Source of the DNA: Vicugna vicugna
Taxonomy: Eukaryota
Assembly (NCBI GenBank): GCA_013265495.1
Contig: MU058423.1
Coordinates: forward strand, 1,625,061-1,689,060
Length of the DNA: 64,000 bases
Reading direction: 5' to 3'
Positions 11,501-24,393 of the stretch are shown here, piece by piece. How positions within the stretch are numbered: position 1 is the first letter of the stretch; each line of letters begins with the position of its first letter. The notes beneath the pieces are model-generated. The model saw only the letters and a list, made by a program, of their open reading frames with translations, ran no database searches and had not been told where the DNA came from. A program made the position numbers and the translations under genes.

Positions 11501-13284
11501 AACAAAAAGGAAACACTAATGCATGTTATTTCCACTTAGGGCTGTATGAGGAGGAGGGACCCATAACTCTTATTGGAACAGATTCATCCTTTCTGTATTC
11601 AAATATGTAGTAAGGACCTACTATGGACCAGGTCCCATGCTAAGGAAATAATTTTAATATAAATCCTCTAAAAGGTAGATAAAGGAGCAGCATATTTTAA
11701 TTCCACAAAGGATATTACAGAGAATTGCAATGATGTAGTCCAGGTATGTGTTCTGATGATAATGAAAAGAAAAAGCTTAGAAGAATGCATGTTGATGACT
11801 TATCCATTAGGCAGTTTCTCTCAAATATCAACTGTCCCAGCAAGCATTTGGCAAGAACTGCATTGCAATCAATCCCTGGTTGAATTCTCTGATGAGGGTC
11901 GGAAGTGCCATTATTCTGAGCTGTTGATTAAAGAGGGATTCACATGCTTTACATACCAGATGTGCAGGAGGTGGGGCCACTGGCCTGTGCTGAATGATTA
12001 GGAGCCTGATTTATACTCTCTCTCAGAGACAGGGGCAGTGTACTGCTCATTATGGCTGAGGAAGGAAGTGTGTGTGTGTGTCTGTGTGTGTATTTAATAT
12101 TGACCTCATGCCAGTCACCACACTATGCACTTTACATTATCTTCCTTAATTTTCACTGTGATAATTTTGAGATGGACACAGATGGAGATGCCTGCTGACA
12201 CAGAAAGTATTTTCTTTGATCTATCTAGTGAAGAGTTACTTGAGTAGCCTCCCTCCCTTTTGGAAATGTCATATCTATAGGCAATCTATGCCCCAGAGAA
12301 GGTTGTCATAGCACCTGTTTTGTGATCAACTATGCTTTTCTCTCCTAATTTCTCTGAACATTTGGAGCTCATGGTAGAAAGGGACCGTGCATATTTGCAT
12401 AAGGCCAAGAGGTGCCAATAAACTAAAGGGTGATAGCACTTCCTTTTGAAGTTCACCATTATTAGAACCTCTTTGAATGAGCGTTCCTCCAACTTAGATA
12501 TCAGCTCCACAAGGTCAGGCTTCGTCTCTGTATCCACAGGACCTATATGGTGGCTAGCACACAGTAGGTGCTCAATAACTATTCTTTAATGACTTTACCC
12601 CATAACCCCCCAATTCTTTACCCCATATCCCTCCTTCCAAGTTTTCCAGACTAAATGTTTACTCTTCCTTTTTTTAATTAACTCTTCATTCACTAATCTC
12701 CCTGAAATAATTTACCAAAAAGTTTCAGCACTTCAAAGTCTTTTTAGATATTCGCATGCAACTGAAAATTATAAAATCATGTCCTCAAGTAGAAGAAAAT
12801 GTTTGCTTTCTTGTTTGTTATAACCAGAAAATGTGCAACCAGATTATCTAATAGTTATGTCAAGTTGTTTATATAATTAAGCTAAAAAAGGCTGTAGGTA
12901 ATAAGAGGGTATTTTAAACCATTTAGTATTGGAACTGTATCCACTATTAGGCAGATCCTACTTCTTCTGATTTTAGTGGTAATGTTTCCTCACTGGAAGC
13001 TATGATACATTTACTGTTTTCAGATTACATGTTCGTTTAAAAAAAAAAGGTTTAAACTTTGAATGGCTTTAGCTGAATTTCATTCAAAGCATTTTTCCCC
13101 CAGAGTTGACAAATATTTATTTTTACCACACCATTCAAAGCATTTTTAAATGAATTTGTCATCATTATTTAGCTGTTTTTAGAACTCTTTATAAAACTAA
13201 GAAATGACAGAGTTAGACAAATTTGATTTTAGCCTGTCAACAATCTGTTAATCTATGAGTTGAGAGGAAATCAGTGCTGTTTAA

Positions 13285-13440
13285 GTCAATTCAACAAACA
13301 TACATTGAAAACCAACTATGTGCCAGGCATTATGATATGAACAAAAGAAAGAAACATGTAAAACATGGTTCCTGCCTCTAAGAAGCTTATAGTCTAGTAG
13401 GGAGAGACAGATGACTAAAGAAATGGTTATAATGCAGAGA
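13285..13440 (-). mobile_element. L2 3' end
   Basis: ttcaacaaacatacattgaaaaccaactatgtgccaggcatt...catggttcctgcctctaagaagcttatagtctagtagggagagacaga. Confidence 0.75.
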
Positions 13441-13849
13441 GAAGAGATGGAACCAGATCTAAGGAACCACTCTTATAGGACAGAAGCAGCATCTATCCAC
13501 TTTAACAGGAGAGAAGGCAAAGTGGACATTTACATATATAGGTAGTTTCTGTTCTGAGCTGAAGAGAGGTTTATTCCATTTTAATCTTCTTTATCCACTT
13601 AATCCCTCTATTACTATTATGTGTATGGCCAGATTTAGGGCAGTAATATTTAGGTTTAGAATAGGCTTAAAGGAAAAATACTGACCCTCAATCTTGTCTC
13701 AAATATCTATCTGAAGGATTGAGATAAGCAATGAAGAGTAGACAATTAAATGGTCAGTTATGCTGGCTCCTTGTTAAAGATGTAAATTAAATTTCCTCTA
13801 AATTTGTTCTACAGACTATCATAAATATATTTAAATCACTATAATAAAT

Positions 13850-14371
13850 GGTCTTGGCTGTATATTCAATGTGATTGAAATTTTACGTTCGTCCCATCAA
13901 GAGGTGGAATCTTCATTCCCTCGTTTTAATCTGGGTTGACCTTAGTGTCTTTGCTTGTAGCCAACAGAATTTAGTAGATGTGGCACTGCTTTACTTCCAA
14001 GCTGCATCAGAAAAGGCCAAGCAGCTTTCACTTGGTTCTCTTGGGATGATTGCTCTGAAGGAAGACAGCTACTATGCTGGAGAGACAACATTTAGGCAAT
14101 CCAACCACAGCCTCAGCTGAGCTCCCAGCCAACAGCCAGCACCAACTGCCAGCCTGTGAGGAGGACTTGGACATCCATTCTAGCTGAGTTTCACATGATT
14201 GATGCCCCAACTGACAACTGAATTCAACTACATTAAAGATCTGAAGCAAAAACTGTTTAGTTGAGGCCTTCTCAAACTTCTGACCCACAAAATCATGATT
14301 AAATTAAATAGGTGGTTTTTAAACTGCTAATGTTAGGGATAATTTCTTATGCAGCAGTAGTAACCCAAACA
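13850..14371 (+). mobile_element. MaLR LTR (MLT1G/H-like)
   Basis: cccatcaagaggtggaatct, cccagccaacagccagcaccaactgccagcc, terminus aaactgctaatgttagggataatttcttatgcagcagtagtaacccaaaca. Confidence 0.8.
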
Positions 14372-14582
14372 CTGATCAAACACACAGAAAAATAAAAAAT
14401 GTAAATTTCTGATATCCAGAATGAAGGAGAGGACAACAGTATAGATATTACACATGGTAAGAGAAAATAAAACAACATTATGAACAACTTCATGCCAAAA
14501 TATTTAACAATTTAGATTAAGTGGACAGATTTGGAAAAACACAAATTACCAAAGCAGATATGACATAGAAAATCTAAGCCAT

Positions 14583-14613
<31 letters not shown>

Positions 14614-16938
14614 AAACAAACAAATAAATAATAATAAAAAAAGAAAATCTAAGCCATTAATCTGTATGATAACAAAGAGAAATTAAATTTATATTTTACA
14701 ATGTTCTCACAAAGGAAGCCCCAGCCTCAGACAATCAACGATAAATTTAGCCAAACATTTAGGGAAGAGATGATACCGATACTACATAAACTCAGAAAAT
14801 ATAAAAGCTGATTAGGAACACTTTCCAGCTCATTTTATGAGGGCAGCACAATCTTGATCTCAAAGGCAAAGACATTAGAAGAAAACATAACTTGAGGCCA
14901 TTAGTCTCTCATCAACAGAGATGCAAATATTATTAACAAAATGTTAGCAAATGATATTCAGAAATTCATGAAAAGATAATACAACCTAAGTGAACTCATC
15001 CCAGAAACACAAAGTTCGTTCAACATTCAAATATAAATTAAGTTCAATATATAAAAATCAATTGAACATCTATAGAATTAAATGAAAAATAAAATTAGAA
15101 ATAAGTGAAAAATAAAATTTTAAGAATGCCAGTCACAATAGTATCAAAAAGATTAACTGTCTAGGAATAAGTCTAATGCAAAACATGCAAGATGCCTGCT
15201 CTGAAAACTACAAAACATTCCCAAGAGAAATTTTAAGGCTTAAATAAATGGATATATATGCCATATCCATCATTACAAGACTCAATATTGTTAAGATAGC
15301 CGTTCCTTTCAAATTAATCTAAGAATCAATGAAAAATAGATCAAAATGTCACAGACTTTTTAAGAGAAGTTCAATGAGCTGATTCTTAGATTTTTATGGA
15401 AATATGAAGTATCTAGAATAGTTAAAACAATTTTTAAAAGTTGAGACAAATTTGAAGACTTATACTACTTGATTTCAAGAGTTAGAATAAAATACAGTAG
15501 TCAAGTTGGGTAGTACTGGAATAAGAATAGACAAATAGATCCAATGGAACAGAACACAGAGTTCAAAAATAGTTCCAGACATAGAGACAATGAGCTTTTG
15601 ATCAAAGCCCAAAGTTGATTTTACGGGAAAAAAATTATTTTTAACAAATAGCACTGGAACAATGATATCTATACAAGATAAAACAAACCTGAACTTCTGT
15701 TTCACACTTTACACAAAAATAATTTGGGATGGATCATAGACCTAAGTGTAAAAACTAGAACCATAAAATTTTAAGAAGATGACATTGAGAATATCTTTAT
15801 TCTCCTATACCTTGAGGAAGGCAAAGATTGCTGTGGACACAAAAAGTACTATGTATATGAGAAAAAAATGATACTTCATAAATCTATTTTTTAATATTGT
15901 GTTTCATAAATATTAAAAACTTCTGCTCATCAAAAATCACTATTAAGACAATAAATATGCAATCCATGGACTAGGAAAAATATTTGCAATACATATATCT
16001 GACAAAGGACTTATATCCAAAATATGCAAAGAATTCCTACAAATCAACAATAAAAGATAAACTTAAATATATATATATACTGGTATATGTACCAGACTTG
16101 AACAGACACTTCACAGAAGGTGATATGAAGTGGCCAATAAACACATGAAAAAATGCTCAGCATCATGAGTCATCAAGGAAATATAAATTAAAACCATGGT
16201 GTGGTACCATATCCCACCTAGTAGAATCGTTAAAAATCAAAAATTGGTAACACCATCTCATGCAGTGAAGACGTGGAATAACTTGAACTTCATGCATTAA
16301 TGATGAGAGAAGCTAAAATATTACAGCCGCTTTGGATATCTGGCTGTACTTATAAATTTAAACATGCATCTACCTATGACGCAGAAATTATACTCCTAGG
16401 TATTTATCCCCAAGAAAATAAAACCAGAACAAAGTAAAATCTACAAATGGCTTCTATAGGAATGCTCAAAACAGCCTTACTCATAAAAGCCAGAAACTAC
16501 AAACAACGCCAGTGTACACTGACAAAAGAACAGATAAACAAGATGTATTATCTTCCTACCGTGGACTACTACTTAGCAATAAAAAAGGATGTACTACTTA
16601 TACATGCAATAACATGGACAGATCTCAAAAACATGTGTTGAGTGAAAGAAATGAGTCACAAAAGAGTATGTACTTCATGATTGTACTATATGACTCCATT
16701 TATGAAGCCCAAGAACAGGCATAATTAATTTATGGGGGAAATAATCAGAAACTACCTCTAGGTGGATGGAGAAATGGGGGATTGATGGGAAAAGGGCACA
16801 TGGAAACTCTCTGGAGTGATGGAAACATGTATCTTGTTTGGTGTATACATAGGTGTGTGTATACAATTGTCAGAACTCATCGAACTAAATGCTTAAGATT
16901 TGTGCACTTCATTGCATATAAATGATACCTCAAATAAA
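14372..16938 (+). mobile_element. Old L1 (L1MD/L1ME-like) degraded ORF2 and 3' UTR
   Basis: A-rich ORF2 remnants (ttatgaacaacttcatgcc, aagactcaatattgttaagat, gatccaatggaacagaacacagag, atatctgacaaaggacttatatcc) and the 3' end atttgtgcacttcattgcatataaatgatacctcaaataaa. No intact frame. Confidence 0.9.
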
Positions 16939-16966
16939 GATGTGCATGTATGTGTAACCACACAAG

Positions 16967-16998
16967 CTCACACACTCACACACACACACACACACACA
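16967..16998. repeat. (CA)n microsatellite, interrupted
   Basis: ctcacacactcacacacacacacacacacac. Confidence 0.9.
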
Positions 16999-17547
16999 CG
17001 TACTTCACATCCCACTGAAAGACTCCCCAGTCCAGTCTCAACCCTTGGTGGGGAAGGGGATTCAGTCTAAGACTCGAACTAAATGGAAAAAGGAGAATTC
17101 ACTGTAAAACAGAACTAGAATGCACTGACCCTCACTTCCCACCGCAGTTACCCCCAGGGCAAGGTCATGGGTATTTTGCTATGATGGGTGAATGACTGTG
17201 CAGGTCTGGGGATGAACACCGTGGGAAGTCTGACAGGATAGGGCTAAGGCAGCTGTCAACTCTCCTCCCAGGTCTATTTCGGCTCCTCTCTCATTGTGCT
17301 GGGGTGGGTGCACTGTGTTGGTCTGGCTCACACATTGATGCTTTCCTCTTCTGTGTCGACTCCCTGAGTAATTCTGCAGCTAAATAAAACCATCCCTCCC
17401 TGTTTCCCATCACCTTGCCATAGTAGTTTTTTGGTGATTTTAATGAGAAGGCTCATTCTATTTCACTATATCCTGACAGGCAGAACATCTATTCTTCCCT
17501 GCTTTCCATTTCACTTTCAGAAATGTTTTTAAGACTACTCTATGCCT

Positions 17548-17706
17548 GGGCTTTTCAAATTTTAATACTTATGAGTCACCTATAGATCTTACTAAATTCC
17601 AGTTCTGATTCGGTAGATCTGGGATAGAGTCTGAGATTCTGCATTTTTAAGAAGTTCCTAGGGGGTGCTGATGTGTTGCTTTGAGAATCCCACTTTAAGT
17701 AGAAGG
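17548..17706. mobile_element. MER5-like hAT-Charlie MITE
   Basis: gagtcacctatagatcttactaaa...ttctgattcggtagatctggga...gagattctgcattttt...ggtgctgatg. Confidence 0.75.
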
Positions 17707-18478
17707 CTGTCTGTAATATGCTGTCAGTGTAATGAATGCTGTTCTCTTATTCTCAAGGTAGGGAAATTAATGCAGAGTGTGGTATCAGAGAAAAATGGGG
17801 AAGAGCAAAAGCAGTTCTGATTCTCTTTCGCTCTCTTTTTCTCCATGTCAAACCTTGCCTTTCGTGCTTCTTGCTACATGAAACAAATGGCTCTGTTTTC
17901 CTAAGAGCTATACACACCCGCCCCCAGTGACAGCTGTCTTCTTCTAAAGATGTATCAGAGAAGAAGGGAAGGGAGGATTACTCATCATAGTCATGATTTG
18001 CTCTGTCCCAAATTGCAGACAGAAAAACTGAGGCACAAAGAGGCAAATCTTCTGAACTATAAATTAATACAACATAAAGCACTACCATTTGCAACCAGGA
18101 TTGTATGACATTAGAATTAGGCAATGTTGGCTAGGATTTTCTTAGTGGCTGACGCATTGAAATTAGAAGAGCTCCTTTCTTAGCGTTCTTAGATTAAACC
18201 TTAGATCTGCCGCATTCTAGGAGGGCTCTGCATAGAGTGGAAATGCATTTTTTCTACCCCTTGTCTCCCAGTCTCTGACTGATACTTACTGTTTTCATTC
18301 AATGAACATTTACTGAACACCTACTAGTCTAGGCTCTGGGTGGTTATTGACATTGCCAAGAAGAATAAGCTCATTTCTTATTCTGAAGTGGAGAGAGACA
18401 CATAAAGAAATGATGAGATAAAGGAAGAGAATCATTATCAAGCAGCCACCACCTGCTGGAGATGATGCAGCCTTTTTC

Positions 18479-18649
18479 TCTCTTTTTTTCCTTTTTTTTT
18501 TTTAAATTGAAGTATGGTTGATTTACAATGTTGTATTAGTTTCTGGTGTATGGCATAGTGATTCAGATATGTATACACATACATATTCTTTTTCATTGTG
18601 AGTTGTTATAAGATATCGAATATAGTTCCCTGTGCTATGCAGGATGACT

Positions 18650-18693
<44 letters not shown>

Positions 18694-18798
18694 TACATAT
18701 TCTTTTTCATTACAGGTTGCACGAGCCATTGAATACAGTTGCCTGCGCTATACAGAGGACCTTGTTGTTTATCTATTCTGTACGTGGTAGTTTGTATC
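18479..18798 (-). mobile_element. Young L1 3' stub with an internal duplication and (TA)n
   Basis: T-tract followed by aattgaagtatggttgatttacaatgttg. Perfect 16-bp TSD tgatgcagcctttttc at 18463-18478 and 18799-18814. Confidence 0.92.
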
Positions 18799-19581
18799 TG
18801 ATGCAGCCTTTTTCAAGTGGCCTTGATAGAGGTAAGCAGAGTGCTTACTTCTGCCAAGGGGGATGAAGAGACTAGAGCAGTTTCATTTGAGCTCAGCCTT
18901 GAGAAAAGAGAGGAGTTCATAGGTGAAGAAGGCATAGTAGAGCGTCCTGGGTGGTGGGGGGGACAGCCTGAGAGACAGTGCGAGATTACACGGTGCTCAG
19001 GCCGCCTAGTGGTCCTGGGTGACAGGAGTACGAACCGTGGGCAATAGGAGCGTTTGCAGTCTTTACAGTTTATGCAGTGTTTCACATGAATTATGTTACT
19101 TGATCTGAGCAGCCTGCGCCTCCATCCTCAGTCAGAGCACTAATTACCTGTCAGCGGGAATGAGCGAGGCTTAGGACACACCTAGGAAGGGCTTGAAAGG
19201 ATTTTAATCAAAGGCATTCTGAGAAAGTGATTAAAATTCCCAACATGCTCTACAAGCCTTCTGCTTCTCTCCAGAATTTTTCAACGCAATTATTCAATGC
19301 AGTCCCATTCTTTGAGAGCCAGCAGCTCTCCAGAGAGCCTTCCTGAGCAGCCCTGATATTTCAGCATCAGAACCTGCCCTCCCAGCTGGCTGAGCTGGCC
19401 TGACAGCTCCCTCTGCATCTCCAGCAGTGAGCTGGGTCTGCCTGGCAGTGCCCTTTGGGATCCAGGCTCAGGCACACCTCTGCGGGAAGCCTCAAACACC
19501 TCTGCACTGGCCTATCGCCAAGATCTGAGGCCTCTCATATGCCGAAGGCATGCAGGATTCTCAAGAACAGGTGCTTGAATA

Positions 19582-19756
19582 CAACGGTTCTCAAACAAAG
19601 GGTGTATTTCATGCCCCTGGGGGGCTTGTTAAAAGTACAAGTGGTCTGTTCCTGACCTGGAGATCAGATTCAGAGTCTCTGAAGCCAACCCTGAAAATCT
19701 GCTTTTAAAAAAACACATCTTCCAATCGACTGGGATACAAACCAAAGTTTGAGAAT
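19582..19756. mobile_element. MER5A-like MITE
   Basis: Termini caacggttctcaaac ... aaagtttgagaa, with internal gggcttgttaaaa and aatctgcttttaa. Confidence 0.7.
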
Positions 19757-21419
19757 TTGGGTGTTAGGGTTTGGAAATCTCTATAATCAGAGCATCTAGA
19801 CTTCCTCCGACCATCTTACGTGTTTTCCCTCATGCAGAGCCGGGCTCAGCTTCTGATGTGAGACAAAAGGTAAAAGTGGGAGTCACAGGTTAAATCTCAT
19901 CAAGCTCCCCAGTGCCTACCGTGCCTCAGAAGTGGAGGAGAGAATGACCTTCATTATCATTCTTCCAATCCCATTTGCTGTGACGTGTCCTTGCCCTGTC
20001 ATGTCTGTGACACACTACTAAGTGACCCAGGAGACACTGAGGGCCTCTGCCCCACTGCTTGCCAGTTCTAGGAACACTGCAGCCACAGGGGGATGGGCTG
20101 CGCTTTCCCATAGGACACAAAGGCCCCGGGCACTGTCACCTGTCCACCTATGGCCGCCTCCCTGACCCTGCATTGCCTACTCAGGCAAAGGAATCTTTGA
20201 AAACCATTTCCAGCCTGGCTGATGGTGCAGCTCTTCGAGAAGTGCCACCAAGATGAAAACCAGCTCACAAACAGGGAGTCCTCGTTATGTTCACCACCAC
20301 AGCCAGCAAGAAGCTCCTGCCAAATGGGATCAGACTTCTCGGGAGTGTTTTGAAAAGCTGATGGAAATGAGGGCCTCTGTCATACTTCTGTCACACCTCA
20401 CCCCAGAGTGTGGGGAAGGCTCTTGGAATGGATGTTAGTCAGTCTCAGAGACACACAAAATCGATGTCTCCAGCAGCATTGCCATTTTCACTGCAGGCTT
20501 AAAGCTATATTCTCTGGTTTCTAATGCCAGAAGGGAAAGGTTAGAGAAACCATCCAGGCTTTTTCTAAAATAATTGGAGCTGGATAAAGGTGCTGTCTAA
20601 AAAGGTGTCTCTGCAAGATTTCCCCTGCTCTGAGCTTGAGCTGAGCTCTGCCTAATTACCTGCGTAATTTCCTTGGCACTTGTGCTAGGGTCCAGGTGCC
20701 CTCTCTGTCCTCTGGAAGCTAAGCCATCTGTCTGATGCCTCTCTCTGGTCTCCCTGGCTCCTCTCTCACCTACACAACTCCATTAGCTTGGGGGCTGACA
20801 GTTCTGCTATAATATTTATTTTACAGCTGACAGATTTTTTCAGCTAAGTAACAGGGAGGGGATTCCCCCATCCAGAGCCAGCTCTAGCCTTCCATGTTTC
20901 CCTCCTCCAATCTGTCAGGATCTTGGATGCACTGAGAAAGGGAGGAGATAATGTTTTTTCAGCTGTTAAGCAGTGAAGGTCAGGTCCTCCTGGCCAGTCT
21001 CAAAGCAGAGAATTATTTGTTTCTTTCTCCAAGCTGCACTGGTTTGTTACTCTGAGCAGCAGACAAATCTAGGAAAGTGAATTCATGCTGTGGATCAGAA
21101 CAAAGGCAGGGAAAAAATTGTGCCATTTGGAGACAAAAAAAGGTAAGTTGGATAAAATGACCACCTTTAGTCCTCTGGTTATTCTTCCCCCTCTACCATC
21201 TTTCACCTCCAATTTGAGTTTTCCTGGGATTTAGGTAAGGCGTCATGAGAGAAATGAGTTAGAGCATACAGAGATGAGAACAGTGAGGGGATTGGGGGTG
21301 GAAAGGTGTGCACTTATCTATAGATCACCTGGCCAAAGAAGCCACTTAGAGAGTCCATGCCAGGTTAATTCATCCAATGAGTCAGTGACAGGCAGAATGC
21401 AACTGCAATACAGGAAGAG

Positions 21420-22190
21420 CCAGAAGCCTGGGAACATCCTCGACCCTTTCCTCCCTACTTTCCTCCCTCTCATCCTCCACATCCAACCCATCATCAGCCC
21501 TAAAGTCTGACTCCTAAATATCTGTCAGAACTGCCCTCTTCTCTCTTTTCCCACAGCTAATGCTCCAGCTTAATGCCATCATCTCTTGCCTGAATGACTG
21601 TAATAGCCTCCTGATTAAGCTACCTGCCCCTTCCAATCTACACTTCACATAGCATCCCATGTGCAAATCTCATGCCACTCTTTCAATAAAACCCTTCAAA
21701 AATAGATTTTCTTCCTTTTCCCCCCGGGCCCTGCTTTTCCCTCTAAAGCTTGAGATCCTTCATAAACTGACCCCTGCTTATTTCTCCAACCTCAAATCTT
21801 AACGTTTCTTGCCTCAGACAGTAGGCTCCTGCAAACTAAACGTCCCTTGTGCAAACTAGACCATGTGCTCCTTCACTTTGGAGCCAGCAGGCGTGCTGTT
21901 TTCTCTGCTTGGAACAATTTTTCCAACATCCCTAAGCTCCCTCAGGTAGCTACTACCTGGCTGAATTTCAGGTCTCAAATAAAAAGTCACCTTTTCTAGG
22001 AAGCTTTTTTTACCCCCTCAGGGCAGCTGGGCGCACTCCTCTGTGCTCCCAAAGCAACTTATGCATCCCCACTTCCATTCTGTAAGCACCAAGAGAGCAG
22101 GGCTCGTGGCTGTCAGTGTCACCATTGTATGCCTAGCCCTGGAGAAGTGAGCAAAACAGACTCAATAAAGATTTTTTTAACAAATAAATT
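21420..22190 (+). mobile_element. L2 3' region
   Basis: aacatcctcgaccctttcctcc, atcatctcttgcctgaatgactgtaatagcctcctga, ending actcaataaagatttttt. Confidence 0.8.
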
Positions 22191-24393
22191 TCTGTGTCTC
22201 TGATCTTTTTCCTGCTTAATGCTAGAGACACCACAACTATAGCTTGTTTCTGTCCTGTCACCATAAAATTTTTCCTCTTGTTTTTATGAGATTCAGGATA
22301 AAACAGCATCTTTTTCTCTCCTTCCCTCTTCTCCCCAAGGCTTGCCTGTCAAGAGAATCTCTCTCATTGCACTTTGGTGGAAATTTTCGTTAGTGCCTTC
22401 TGTATACCAGTTTACCCCTTGAGCTATACTCAGTCCAATTCAATCTCCTGAAATCAATGTATAATACCTCAAAACGATAGCATTCCTGTCTGCACCACTT
22501 ATTTGGCAATCAATCAAGTGCTGCCTTGTGATCGCTCTTCTACTCCTGTTTTAAATTGTTCTTATCATCACTCAACATTTCACAGCTTTATAGCATGTCT
22601 CCCTACAATAATGTTAAGTGCCTTTCGAATTTAATCATTTTTGAGTCCCTTCACAGCTTTCCCACAAGAAATTAAGCACACCTAACAAGGAAAGGTGTAA
22701 TTAAATATTGAATGAATAAATAAGTGTTGGGTACTCAATACAGGTTATGTCTGTTTATTTTTGGACCAGTGTTGAAAGAGTTCACAATTGGCCTGAATTT
22801 AAGAGTGACCAGGTCAAATAACTAAAACTTTTTAAATTTATTATAGAATGTCCTGGCTTTAAGATTGGAGATAAGACTTATTTAGAATAAATTTAGCCTG
22901 CCAAATACAATAAAGGCACACAGATAATTCTGCTGTTTCTGTTAGTACCCATGACAGAAAGAGCATCTCTGTAACTAGGAGGGGATGGTTCCTATCAGGA
23001 TATCTCCCCTAAAGGTCCCCAACCATCCAGTGACCCTAGGAGGGCCACAGAGTGGAGCAGCTAAGATTTTGAGGCTTTTGTCTGAATTTTGTCTTGGCCC
23101 TTTATCAAACAAAGGAAAAAATTCCTGTTTGGAGGTCAAGATACATCATTTTATTTTCAAAATCAGCTGAAAATTGCATTGTTTTGCTGGCCAAGACATT
23201 TAATGTGTCTGAGCCTCAGTCTTCTATATTTACAAGGATTCTAGTGCTTAGTCTGTCTACCTCATATGCATGTTATGATAATCATCTGTAGTTAGATATG
23301 ATGATGCTTCAGAAGAGTTTAAAGAAAAACATAAATGTGAAATATTAACATTATTATCTCAGACTCACTGGTTAACTTCCTCGGGCTTTGGCTTCTCATC
23401 CCACCCACAACCCTCAATCTGGCGATAGATCTGCGATGGGACTGAGTATTTAGTAATTTTGTAAACCATTTATTACTGATGAAACAATGTAAAAGGGAAA
23501 TTAAATCTTCCCCAGTCAATGATCTCCTCTCTAGACTTTTCCACAGACAATCAAGTGTTAACTGTTTATTTTCATTTTCCAAAAGAATTTCTTAAGTACC
23601 CACCAGGGCCAATATTGTACTAGATGTATTGTACTAAATTGAGATAAGATAAGTAAGCCCTAATAGGACTCATTATGTGATAGGAAAGATCCATAAACAT
23701 ATCAACTTAATTTGTCCAAATGTACATTACAGCATGGCAGCTGGAAGGTACAAGGAAAAGAGAACAGAGCATGGCTTTATAGTCAGACTTGATATTTTAA
23801 ATTTCAGTATATACAATTTCAGTAATAAGAGCCATTCTTGAAATATGCACATGCTATGTCAGGGATATAAAGGAGGAGTTAATTTTGACTTCCTAAGCCA
23901 CTCTCAGATATCTTTGTCAACCAGGCACACATCTAGGGCATTTTAGTATTGATCATACCATCCCCTTCCCAGCGAAAGCAGTGTGGAGAGCTATGTCTCA
24001 TTACTCCCCCTCAATCCATCGCCAAGTCTCATAGACAACAGGCACTTCAAGGGCAGGGGCCCCAATTTATGGGCTGCATTTCAGTACCAAGGACAGAGGC
24101 ACACCATATTTTCCAGCTTCAAAGGTTCAATATGATTTGGGGACTGGATTTAAGACAGCACCAGTTATTTTAACTTAAAATTTATTGTATTAGTGTTCTT
24201 TCCTCGCTAAGTTGAATAGTCATATCCCTGAAGCACTCGATAATATTGATATTGTATGGCTTTACTGACCTGGACCCTTAGATGTAGGGACTAAGAGTCT
24301 AATGGACACTACCAGCTTTAGCACTGACATTCTTGCTCACCTACATCCTAGCTGCCTGGCCCTATGCTTGCAGTTTAGAATCCATATGTTTTG

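Noticed and set aside
18446..18461. CTCF-like motif (minus strand CCAGCAGGTGGTG); a similar one near 19000-19015
   Set aside because: Each mismatches the core, and they cannot be distinguished from chance without a PWM scan or ChIP data.
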